A program made the position numbers and the translations under genes. From NCBI GenBank assembly GCA_013265495.1, contig MU058289.1:1857451-1921450 (forward strand): 64,000 bases of DNA, in the 5' to 3' direction. This DNA comes from Vicugna vicugna (Eukaryota). Of this stretch, positions 50,416-60,719 are shown one piece after another. How positions within the stretch are numbered: the stretch's first letter is position 1; every line of letters starts with the position of its first letter. Under the pieces are notes generated by a model. The model ran no database searches. It was given only the letters and a program-made list of their open reading frames with translations, and had not been told where the DNA came from.

Positions 50416-50495
50416 CGAGATGGGTGAACCTGTTCTGGAACCCCGCCCCTCACCCCGAGATGGGTGAACCTGTTCTGGAATCCCGCCCCTCACCC
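50416..50495. repeat. 40-bp tandem duplication (2 copies, 1 mismatch)
   Basis: Copies start at 50416 and 50456. Confidence 0.95.
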
Positions 50496-50672
50496 CAGCA
50501 TCTGCTTTCCCGGACTACTCAGCCCTGGCTGCTGTACGTGGGGGCCCCCTGCAAGCAGAACTCATCAGCATGTGAGAGGTTTACCAGGGAGAGCTCCCGG
50601 GAGCAGGGAGCAGCGCTTGTGGAATGGAGGGGAAAGAGGCAGGATTAGACAGAGGGAGAAGCTGGGCTCTGA

Positions 50673-50791
50673 TGCTGGGTTCGTTTCCTGCTGCTGTTAC
50701 AACGAAATGCCACACGCTTAGGGGCTTAAAACAACACGCATGTATTATCTTACAGTTTTGGAGTTCAGAAGTTGGAAATGGGTCAGCAGGG
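50673..50791 (-). mobile_element. MLT1 LTR fragment truncating the ERV-L 5' LTR
   Basis: GGCTTAAAACAACA...TATTATCTTACAGTTTTGGAG is the MLT1 terminal pattern. Confidence 0.6.
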
Positions 50792-50978
50792 GTTCCCGCA
50801 GTCCAGCTGGGTGTGTCCCCATTTTACCAGACCTTTGGTAAGGTCCTCCTTTCCCTGAAGTTGGTGCTGACAGATTTCCTATCCTTGCTACCAAAAGGGC
50901 TCGGCTGTTATAAATTCCAATTTTTGTCATTGTTCTCTAAATATGTGGCTTTTACATCCCTTCCTTGGGGACTGAAGG

Positions 50979-51055
50979 GTGTGTGTGTGTGTGTCATGTG
51001 TGTGTGAGAGAGAGAGAGAAAGAGAAAGAGAGAGAGAGAGAGAGAGGGAGAGAGA
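50979..51055. repeat. Compound (TG)n-(GA)n microsatellite
   Basis: Seen directly. Confidence 0.9.
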
Positions 51056-53219
51056 TCTGTGATAAACTTTTGTATATATTTCAGAGGCCTTGGAAAAGAT
51101 GACACACTGTTGGTTACAAAGTTATACTTAAGCACCTTGTGATCGGATCAGTGTGAGCCCCTCCTTGGCCTTGGCTGGGCTGGGTCTCCATGCCTGATTG
51201 TGGGTCAGGGGTGGAAGGAAGGGAGGGTTATGTGGGTAAGTACGTTCAGTGGCTCAGACCTCGTGCCAGATATGATGTCAGTGGACACAGCAGGGTAAGG
51301 TGGCGGTGGGCGTTGGGGGGTGTCACTGCACAGAGACTAGGCTGAGGGGCTGAGAGGCTGAAGGGGAGCAGAGTCTGAGCAATTTCCTGGCTTTGTGGCT
51401 GGGACTGGCAGCAGGCTGGCCCTGCAGGGTCTTTTGTGATCCCTGAGCCTCCCAGTGGTCCTGCAAGGGCAACGGGGGCTCTAGCCACCTGTCTAGGGGG
51501 CCGAGGGCCGTATGGGGGAGGAGTGGTCCCCAGCCTGACCGTCATCCCACCTGCTGACCACATGTCAGCAGCGCCTGGCGGATGTGTTGCTTAGGAGCTG
51601 TGGAGTGGACAGTCTCTGCCTCCTTATGATCCTTTTTGACATGGAAAAGCAATCACATTTCCCTGTCCTAAAGCCCAGCAGTGGCTCCCGGGTGTTTTCT
51701 GCACAAAATCCAATCTCCTTATCATGGCCTGCGGGGTTCTGCCCTCCCCCCAGCTCAGGAGCTGCAGGCGTGTCTGTGCGCACTGCCCGGACTCAGGCCT
51801 GCTCCGCCTCAGGGCTGGTCCCCATTCCTGCCCTAGGAGCCAGCCCTACGGGGGGTCGGGTCTCACACCCTCTCAACCCTCGGGCTCCAAGTCACCGCGC
51901 CCCCCAAGGTCAGAGTCCTCAGCCCCACCCTGGGCCCCGCCCACATCGGTTCCCTCCGCACAGACCCTGTCAGGCCCAAGACGCCCCTGCAGCTCCGCGG
52001 AGAGCCCAACCCCTGAAAAAGGATGGCGAGCCTTGTCCCTGTGCCATTCATTCTCCTGTGACCAAGGCCTTCCCTCGGGGCACAGGGGAGCGCTGGGCGT
52101 CCCATCACACCTGCTGGGCCCGCCAGGACTTTGCCAGTGTTGTTGGAGTTTCACAAGTGAAATGCAGCGTGGAGATGAAATTACCCCTGAGCCTCGGGCT
52201 TGGGTGGGCGAGGCTGGGCGGAGCCGGACCAGCCTACTGGGCCTGGACCCCCACCTGCTCCACCTGCCCCTTCTAGGAGCAGGGCTGCCAGGTCTTTACC
52301 TTCACCCAGGTTCTCAGGATCTCCCAGAAATGGTTGCCTCGGCTTCATGCCTGAAACCTCAAACACAAATAATTTTCAATTTGCCTGGGAGTTTCCATTG
52401 CACAATCCAATGTTAAATAATAGATTAGATGCCTCAGGGAGAGAAACAGGGTTTAAGCAGAAGAAATAAATAAAAGGAAAAGTAAAATTCAGCACATTGG
52501 CTTGGAGAGTAAGAAGGCAGCTTTCCCTCCTGAACTGCATTTGCTGCCCTGGCCTGTCCGGCAGGCTGGGTTCCCTTCCCTGTGTGGCCCAGAGCTGCCT
52601 GGAGAAGGTTCCAGGTGTCAGTAGTCCTGGGTCTGGCTCCACCCCTTACCCCTGCTCCCAGGCACTGCACACCAAGAAGATGCCTGACTCACAGCCCAGG
52701 GACCTGTCACCTGTCCTGCAGTCAGGCTGACCTGGACACTAAGCAGTTATAGTCACAGAGCCACCGTCAGGCAGACACAGGCTGTTCTAGGTGACAGGCA
52801 GGTTAGCAGGCAGGTGGCAGACATGACCTGATGGGGCTGGATGCAGGTGTGGGATGATGGCATCTTTGGACCCAAGAGGAGGCTGAAGAAGGTATGTCTA
52901 TGGGACGTGACTTGTCTTCAAGCTCTGAAACTGATGTCATCTCTGTCCAGTGACTTTTCCTTCTGCCCACCCTGCCCCTGCCTCTCCCCCCATCAGCCAC
53001 AGTCTGTCTTTGTTACACAGAAACCACACCATCTCCAAGGTCACAGATTCCCAACTCCCATCTTTCTTCCTCCATAGACCTTCCTACCTTCAATATGCCA
53101 GCAGCCTTTCCTGCTGTCCCTTCTTGTCTTGCTCAGGTCCCTCAGGCCACTGTTTCCCTGTCCCCTCCCCCCTTCCAGCACACATGTCTAGGAGGAGCCC
53201 AGCTCTGACCTTCTCCGTG

Positions 53220-53465
53220 CTGCTAGAGAAGCAGGACAGCACATGGGGGACACCAGGGCCAAACTGCCAGAGTTTGAACCCTGGAATATCCTCTTAATAG
53301 CTGTGTGAGCTTGGGCAATTTACTTAACCTCTCTGTGTGTCAGTATCCTCTTTCGTAAAAAATGGGAGGATAATGACTGTATCTACGTTACAGGGTACAT
53401 AAGCTAATATATATGAAATGCTTAGAGCAGTCTCTGGTAAAGCAGTAAAATTATAATTCTTATGA
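53220..53465 (+). mobile_element. MIR SINE
   Basis: Core TAGCTGTGTGAGCTTGGGCAATTTACTTAACCTCTCTGTG...GTAAAAAATGGG. Confidence 0.8.
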
Positions 53466-53499
53466 TTGCTTCAGGGGCTGAGGAGGGAGATAGAGGTGG

Positions 53500-54060
53500 C
53501 TTGTGTTAAGCTGAAGGCACTGGACAGGGAGAGAAGGATGGATTCAGGATGCACTCAGGGGACAGAGAGAATGACCTGTGTGAAAGGGAGGAGTCCGGGG
53601 CTAGAGGGCTGAGACAGGATGCCTGGGGGGGAAAGACCTGAGCGGGGAGAGATGTGAGGCTCAGCTGGGACGTGAGAAGCCAGGTGCCCTGAGACACGCC
53701 CACCAAGATGTGCTGCGGGGGTCTGAGCTCAGGGCTGGAGGTGCCGATTTGGGCACCAGCAGCACAGTGGTGTGAGGCTGGCTGAGCACGTCCAGGGAGC
53801 ATGTAGATCCAGGAGTCTCTGTCCAATTCAGAACGTGGGATAGTTGGAGACACTGAAGCGAGCTGTTTCTATGGGTGGGGGGACTGGAAGGCAGACCACG
53901 GTGAGTTCAAGAGTAAAAGGCTGGTGGATGTGTGAGGCAGCGGGACGAGTTCTGCTGGGAAGGAGAGGACGGAGATGGGACAGGAGCTGGGGGGGATATG
54001 GGGCTAAGGCTTTCCTGTTTTTGAAGATGGGGCACTGATCAAGCCTGATGAGCTGGCAGA
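53500..54060 (-). mobile_element. LINE-2 remnant
   Basis: Purine-rich reverse L2-like segment (GAGCTCAGGGCTGGAGGTG...GTTTCTATGG). Confidence 0.45.
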
Positions 54061-54258
54061 CAGAGGGTGAGGTCTTTGCAGAGGAGAGGAGGGCTGGGAT
54101 GAGGGAGTGGAGGGCTGACCCTGGCAGGGCAGGAGGAGTAGGAGAACGGGCCAGGGCATAAGGAGCATCAATTCGACATGAGACAGAGAGGGCCGCTCTG
54201 GTCCTTCCCTTTCATTTCACTGCAGTTAAGAGGTACACTGTCAGCTGTGCACATTTCT

Positions 54259-54515
54259 CTGTGTGTGTGTGTTTCTGTGTCCAGGTGCACCTGGGTCTCT
54301 GTGCATGCTTATATGTGTATATGTGTCACAAGTGTGCGTGTGTGTGTGTGCGCGCATGTACCTGTTTGTATCTGTGCATCTGTGGCTGTGTCTCTAGGTC
54401 TGGATGTGTATGGATTTCGGAGAAAGGGTATGTGTGTATCTCTGTGTGTCTGTGTGTGTGGGCATGTCTGCATGTGTTTATGCCCACAGAAGTGTGTGTG
54501 TGTGTATGTGTGTTG
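54259..54515. repeat. Degenerate TG-rich simple repeat
   Basis: Interrupted (TG)n over ~250 bp. Confidence 0.8.
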
Positions 54516-55117
54516 TGGCTAAGGTCACAGAAGGCCTGTGTCACCCTCCTGGAGAGTGGGAGATAAACACTGGCTGGTTGGTGGTGGCCCCGTGAAGTTT
54601 GTGATCATGAGTGTAAGGGAAGCTCAGTGCACCCTCTCCTCCTGCAGCAGAGGGGGCAGGCTGGAGTGGGTTGGTTGCACTGGGGTCCTCCAGGGGCAGG
54701 AGACAGAAAAAGTTCAAGGTCGTAAGGTGGGTCAGAATGCACTAAGCTTGCCAAAGGAGTGAAGCCAGCAGAGGTGATGGCAGCCCCCCATCCCCCCACC
54801 CCTGGTGACACCTGGCCCTTCTGCACTCTGTGTCCTTGGTGCTGACCAGTCTGTGCCTTCCATGGCTTCCTGGCCCCATTAGGCCTGTGAGGGGTGAGGA
54901 GCGCTGGGGACTTCTGGGGTTTTGATGTTAGGGCAGATGTGTCCTCTGGAACTGGTGGGTTTGAGAATGACCTCCAGGGTCTGCCTGGAGACAGAGTTGG
55001 AGAGGCACAGTCCCCGTGACCCCATGGCTGGGAGGGACAGAGGGCAGAAGACCGATGCACTTTCCGCTGGGTCTGGGGGAAGCACCGCCCCGCATGAGCT
55101 GCACACATTCGGGGTGT

Positions 55118-55193
55118 TGCTGCCACCTCGTGGGCCGATCGGGATGCTCAGGGCACGGCTCAGGAGCGAGGACTTTGCGCCTTCTGGTGGCCA
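55118..55193 (-). promoter_or_regulatory. Pair of CTCF-like motifs
   Basis: Minus strand CCACGAGGTGGCAGCA (55118-55133) and TGGCCACCAGAAGGCGCAA (55175-55193), in a CpG-enriched intergenic patch. Confidence 0.55.
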
Positions 55194-58100
55194 GATGCTG
55201 TCTCTGCCCGTGGAGACCCGCGCCCTCCTGCAAAACCCCCACCCCACCTTCCATCGCCCTCCAGCCCCCACAGCACAGTTGCCGAGGGGGCGGGGCGGTG
55301 GGCGGACACAAAAGCGAGGCGGCCCAGCCCGCCTGCATGGGTCGGATGCCAGCTCCAGGGCCTGACGCTGTGCAGCTCTGGGCAAGCCTCTGCGCCTCAG
55401 TCTCCTCACCTGAAAAGTCCGGCGAGGCGTGGTCAAGGCTGCGGGGAGAGGCATTTCAGGCAGCACGTAGGCGAGGCCAGCACAGCACTGGCCCATCAGG
55501 AGCGCTTGATTCAAGCGGGCACATCCTAGGCTCCATGGTTTGGAATTACCCATTTCTGACCTCTGACCCCCGACCCTTACCCTAGGCTTCAGGTGCTCTC
55601 AGGAACAGCCCTCCAGCCTTCTCCCTCCACCTCCCACTTCCGGAGGCGGGAAGAGGGCAGGAGCGTCTTTTCCCAGGTGGTCCCAATTTTGGCAGACCCC
55701 CTGATCACCCTCTGCTGCCATCTTACGGTTGAGTCTTGTGTGCAAAGGGCCCTTCTGGGCAGCATGAATAGTCAGGGAACAGCAGCAGGCCTCACAGCCA
55801 GGCCAGGCCAGCCCCGGGAACCAAAACAAAGCTCAGGGCTCTCGCACACCTCCCCCTGTACCTGGGCTACCAGACGCTGGAGCCCATTCTCTCTGTAGTA
55901 ACAGCTGTCAGAGCTACACATGCTCCATGCCAGGGGCAGCTCCACCAGCCTCATTCAGGGTCATTGTGCCCATCAGCCTCGGGGGCCCAGAGATGGGGGC
56001 AGGAGTATTTCAGGCCTGCTCAGCCCCAGACTGCCGGCCCCTGGCTTCCAGAGACCATCCTGGTCCATTCCTGGGACCATGAGTCAACTCTAAGCCCCCC
56101 ACCCCGACCTGTGCCCAGCTCTGGGTTCCCCAGCACTTGGGTGGGATGGGGGCGACCCCAGGATTAGCCAAGGGTGTTCCCCAGAGAGGAAAGGGCTAAG
56201 ATGCTGGAGGGAGAGAGAGGAGACCACCTCCCCACCTCAGGCTCCCCTGGGGCGCCCATCGCCCACTGAGGGGGCTCAATTCCTGAGGATGGAATTGGTA
56301 AATGGGCCCTGCCTGGGTGGGGAGGGGGTGCTGGATGACTGTTCCTCCATCCACTGCCGCCCACCTCGGTCCTGGGTCCTGTGTGCAGCCAGGCCCCTGG
56401 GGACAGCCATGTCTAGGAGGCCAGGGGGGCCTCAATTTCATGTCTGACCACCTGGCTTGATCTGGCACCTCACCTCCCCAGGGAACTCCAGATTTCTGGA
56501 GCTCACAGGCCATAGTGGGGACCCTAGGTTTGGGGACATCTATTTTCTTCAGTACATAGAGAGGAGGGCTCACGTCTGGGAAGGTCTCAGCCACTCTCAG
56601 GGCAAAGGCCTGGTAGGGGCTTCAGTGAAGTCTGGAGTACCAAGCTGGCAGAGGGCACTGGGGGTTCTCTGGTTATTTCCCCAACTCAATGGGCCTGCTT
56701 GACTCCTTGGAGGAGTCCGTGGCCCCTTCTAGATGGTTCCCTCTAGACTGTACCCCACAAAGTGATAAGCAGATGAAATGGGGCAGGGATGGGCAGGGGA
56801 GGGAGCAGCACAAGACTGTCCCAGAGAGGAGGACTGCCCACAGTCCCCCCAACCTCTGACACGTACAGACTCACACACATTTATACATCTCCTCACCCCA
56901 GACACTATCCCCATCAGACAGATACCTCCTACGTCACTTATACACACACTCATACACGTAGACTCACATGCTCACCACCCTCTTCCTAGACACACACACA
57001 CACACACACACACACCATGGGAGGATGGTCCCCGGGCAGTCTTGATCATCTCCAAACAGCAGCAGTGAGTGAAGGCGCCCTGCAGGCTGCCTCAGCTGGG
57101 CTTCCCGGTGTCTCCTCGTTGATCAGATGACCAGTGACATGGCCACAGGCTTTGCCAAATGCATCCACGACCAGAGACATTGTTTCTGCATTGTGTATTC
57201 CCTCTCACTTTGTGAGCACCACAGCCCAGGGGCAGCTGTTTCCGGGTCATTGTCCTCCAGGCCCCTCCCAGCTTCCTCCCATGCTGACCTGGCCCTGCCC
57301 AAGGTGTGGGTCCATCTCTCTGGCTCTCTGAGCCTTCAGCATCTCCCTTCCTGCCCTTCACACCTGTGAGTCCTTCCAGCCCTGATCACAGCCTCCTACC
57401 CTCCCGCCTGACCTCAGGGGAATCTTCACCCTGCTCAGGGTTCTTGGATGCATGTGGCCCCAAGCAGACAGGTGGCAGCCTCAGCCCCTTGTTCTACTTT
57501 TATAAATTTCCAGAGCCTAGGAAGAAAGATGGAGCAGTTCATGACAGTGTGAGCCTGGCTGGGATCCAGCATCATATCCCACCTTGGGGACCAGCAGCAT
57601 CCCCGCAGGGTCTGGCGGCACCCCCCAGCGAGTGGGAACAGATTGAGAGCAATCTCCCAGGAGAGACTCACAGGCCACAGAAAGATGTGGGAAGCTGTGC
57701 AGCGGACCGCTGACAGACAGATGAGACCTCAAAGTGGCAGAGAGACAGACAGACAGGCCCCTGGAAACAATCACAACAAACAAGACCTCAAAACAGCCAC
57801 AGTCATGCCCTCACTTTTTCTGAGAACTTTCAAGAATCGCCCTGGCTTTTGACAATTTCAGAACCATTTTTGAGTGTGAAAATGTATGCTTTTGGAGAAA
57901 AAGTTTCCTATGCAGCTTCTCCTCCCCCTCCCCCTGAGTTGGTTCACAGGGGGGCAGGGAGTCCTAGCAGTTTTGAGGTGATTTTGTCAGGTGAAGTCAG
58001 GGATCAAGGTCAGGGTCAGGGGATCTGTGGATGACATCTTTGGGCCAAAGCCCTGCTTCTCCTGAGGTTCAGAAAGCCAGGGATGGCATCACTCCCTGCT

Positions 58101-58556
58101 GGAAATGCAACCCCCCGAGACCCATGTGCAGTGTCCCACTGACCCCAGAGGCAGCCCCAGGTGGTAGCTTGCCCAGAGAGACCTTGTCACTGCTCTGGAT
58201 GTCCCCAAAGGGCCCCCCACAAAGTGCACTTACAAGAAAGGACTCTGATGGTCCTCCACGGGAACAGATCTGTCTTCTTTTGGGATGACTGTGCTGGTAG
58301 CAAGACAGGAGGACCCCGTGGACAGAGTCCTAGTCTGGGGAGCCTGAGGCGGGTGCTGCCACCGAGTCGCCTGCTCCCTCTGCTCCTGTCACACACAGGC
58401 TTCTCCTGCCCTCGGCTGCCCTGGGTGGTGCTTGTGAGCACCTGGCTCAGGCCAGTGTGGGGAGGGAGGAAGAGCCCCAGAAAGCATAGGGAAGGGTCTG
58501 TGTGTTCCCACACCAACACAGGGAGTATAGACAAGGCTGCTCTGGAAACCATGTGC

Positions 58557-58562
58557 TTTATT
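58557..58562 (-). terminator. CHST8 polyadenylation signal AATAAA
   Basis: ~450 nt after the stop codon, followed by a GU-rich element (TGTGTTGGTGTGG). Confidence 0.8.
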
Positions 58563-59011
58563 TGGAAACTCATCCCAAGGGACCCTTCCCCCTTGGTCTT
58601 AGAAAAGCTGCAAACCGTGTGGTTTGGTACAAGGCAATGGCTAAGGGACTGCGGGAAATCCCTTACGGCTGGGGCCCCTGTCCTCTGGGCCTCAGACTTC
58701 CCTGGTCATCCTAACTCTTGGCCGAGCTGGATATGGGCAGCTGGGACTCCTGGGGTGTTCGGCTCACCCACCACCAGCATCTTCCTTATTTGAGGAGTGA
58801 GGCAGTGGGTATGGGGCAAGGGCCAGGGTCCCCATCCAAGGCCTGGGCCTCTGTCCCCCCTGAAGCTCCTGCACCATCCAGCAGCCACGGCTCCTCACCT
58901 CCTCAGAGCCCTGTTTCTCTGGGTACATCTCAGCTCCCAGGTGAGGACCTATGAGGAGTGGGATGCCCCCTGCCAACAGGTGAGTGGGTGAGGCAGGGTC
59001 GCCCATGCCCC

Positions 59012-60118
59012 TCAGTACAAATCTGCAAAGGGCTTGGAGTAGTTGAACATCAGGTAGTCCATGTAGTAGAAGTCGTAGGTGCGCTGCCGCTGCAGGGTCG
59101 AGAGCTGGGCGAAGTACTGGTGGGTGATCCGCACGGTGGTCCGTGCCTCCTGCGAGTGCCGGTCCTTGAACCGGGGGAAGGTCAGGTTGCGCGGTGCATG
59201 GATGAGGCTCAGGAAGAAGTTGGCATCGTCCTCCATGCTCTCAAACTTGCCCACAAAGTCATAGTCGATGAGGCAGGGGCTGCAGAGCCGGCTGACGTGG
59301 TCCCAGTGGATGTCCATGCCCACGGGCCGGTGCACGTCCAGCAGGTACTGGACAAACTCGGGGAACCGCACACCGGAGCCTGTCCGCAGGGCCTCCCGAG
59401 AGGCGTTGGCCCGGTACCGGGCTAGGATGGCCTTACCGAAGACAGGGTGATAGTAGCTATTGGGGTGTTCGAACTTGTCGCGGAAGGCGGAGACCAGCCT
59501 CTCGAAGGGCTCGCGAACAAAGAGCATCTTGGTGTAGGTGCTGAGGCGGTGAAGGATGCCCTGGCGGTCGAAGGTGTCCAGCCTCTTGAGGGCGCTGCCG
59601 TAGTGGACGGTGTTGTGCTGGATGTCGGTGGTGGATGAGGCCAGCCCCGCCAGCACCATGAGCACCCGCTTCCAGTTGGAGCAGCCTGCCTTGGGCACCT
59701 CGCAGTACAGCACGCGGTGGCGGTCCTCCACGAAGATGCGGGACACGTGGCGGGGCGTGACCGCCCTGCGGCTGCTGCTTGCCCGGTACTTGGCGCACGC
59801 CTCCTGCATCACTCGCTTGCGCTCCTGCTGACGCCGCTGCAGGCTGACCCAGTAGCTGTCCAGGGCCCCGGGTGCCGGCTGGACGAACGTGCTGGCTGAG
59901 CTGTTGGTCAGAATGGCCGCCGCAGCCGGCATTTTCTTGATAAGCAGCCGGCGGCGGCGCTGCCGTGGTCGCAGACGGGCCGCCCTGTTTACGCGAGGTT
60001 GAGGCTGATCTGGCACCAGCAGGTTGAGGCCTCTTGGGGCCCGGCTGGACAAGTCTCGAGTGGCCCTCTCTGTGGGTGTCTTCAAGTCACCATTCTGGGA
60101 ACTGCCTGGTGGGAGGTC
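59012..60118 (-). CDS. CHST8: CHST8 (GalNAc-4-O-sulfotransferase 1) last coding exon: stem plus catalytic domain, 368 aa
   Basis: Acceptor tttctcttcttgccccag|GAC, TGA at 59014-59012. Has the 5'-PSB motif [10 protein letters not shown], the 3'-PB motif [11 protein letters not shown] and the C-terminus [14 protein letters not shown]. Confidence 0.97.
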   Translation of the reverse strand, partial: DLPPGSSQNGDLKTPTERATRDLSSRAPRGLNLLVPDQPQPRVNRAARLRPRQRRRRLLIKKMPAAAAILTNSSASTFVQPAPGALDSYWVSLQRRQQERKRVMQEACAKYRASSSRRAVTPRHVSRIFVEDRHRVLYCEVPKAGCSNWKRVLMVLAGLASSTTDIQHNTVHYGSALKRLDTFDRQGILHRLSTYTKMLFVREPFERLVSAFRDKFEHPNSYYHPVFGKAILARYRANASREALRTGSGVRFPEFVQYLLDVHRPVGMDIHWDHVSRLCSPCLIDYDFVGKFESMEDDANFFLSLIHAPRNLTFPRFKDRHSQEARTTVRITHQYFAQLSTLQRQRTYDFYYMDYLMFNYSKPFADLY

Positions 60119-60681
60119 CTGGGGCAAGAAGAGAAACAGTTAACAAGGTGGACAGGATAGCTGGACACTGAGGGTTACACAAGCCAGGACCTCGCCATGG
60201 CCAGGTCCCTGCCCCCCTCTTTGGACTGAGTTTTTCCCAGGTGAGGGAGAGGGGGGCAGGCTGCCCTGCAAGATGTGACCTGCAGGATGTGACCCCCTTG
60301 GTCTGAGCCCTGGTCCAGCCCCCACTGCCCCCTCCCCTCTGCTGGCCATGGTGTGAGGTGCAAGTGTCATTTTGGCCACAAGATGGCGCAGGTCTCCCAG
60401 GAACCTCTGCCTGGCGAGGTGGAGTTGGGGTACTTGGTGGCCTGAAGGAGCCAGGCTCCGATTTAATGCTTCTATTAGCAGAGACCAAAGCTGCCATCCA
60501 ACAGGAAAGGGAAATTCATGGGCCCAAAGCCCCGGCATTTGTTCCTAAGGCTCCTGGGAAGGACCGGACACATTTTTCTTTCCAAAAATAGATTTAATGT
60601 GAGCTCCGAGTTTTCTTCCCTGCCCTCCCCAGCTTTCCCCAGGCTGCCCATGCTGAGATTTATCAGACTCTCTGAACTCAC

Positions 60682-60719
60682 GTTGTGGCGCTGCTGTGGC
60701 CTGATGTTGAACTTTATTC
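60682..60719 (-). CDS. CHST8: CHST8 38-nt penultimate coding exon (GIKFNIRPQQRHN)
   Basis: Acceptor ttctctttgcttttcag, donor AAC|gtgagt. Ends in phase 0, matching the next exon. Similar to the recalled human GIKFNIRPRQPHH. Upstream exons lie outside the window. Confidence 0.9.

Larger units (their letters stand above)
44673..50672 (-). mobile_element. Decayed ERV-L provirus (LTR16A / ERV3-16A3-like): 3' LTR 44673-45078, truncated 5' LTR 50530-~50672, gag-pol remnants
   Basis: Two related direct repeats. RT remnants QKQDRSWRMTV, AIDLANASLSIPIRKEDQNQLAFSWNG*QDTFTVLPQKYIHS and LQNIMLGCLISN (decayed YIDD) at ~47980-48350. Purine-rich tract next to the 3' LTR. Confidence 0.8.

Noticed and set aside
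45463..50791. Two MLT1 fragments that look like the halves of one LTR in swapped order (circular permutation)
   Set aside because: The host ERV-L stays collinear across both. Two independent insertions with later deletions is the simpler explanation.
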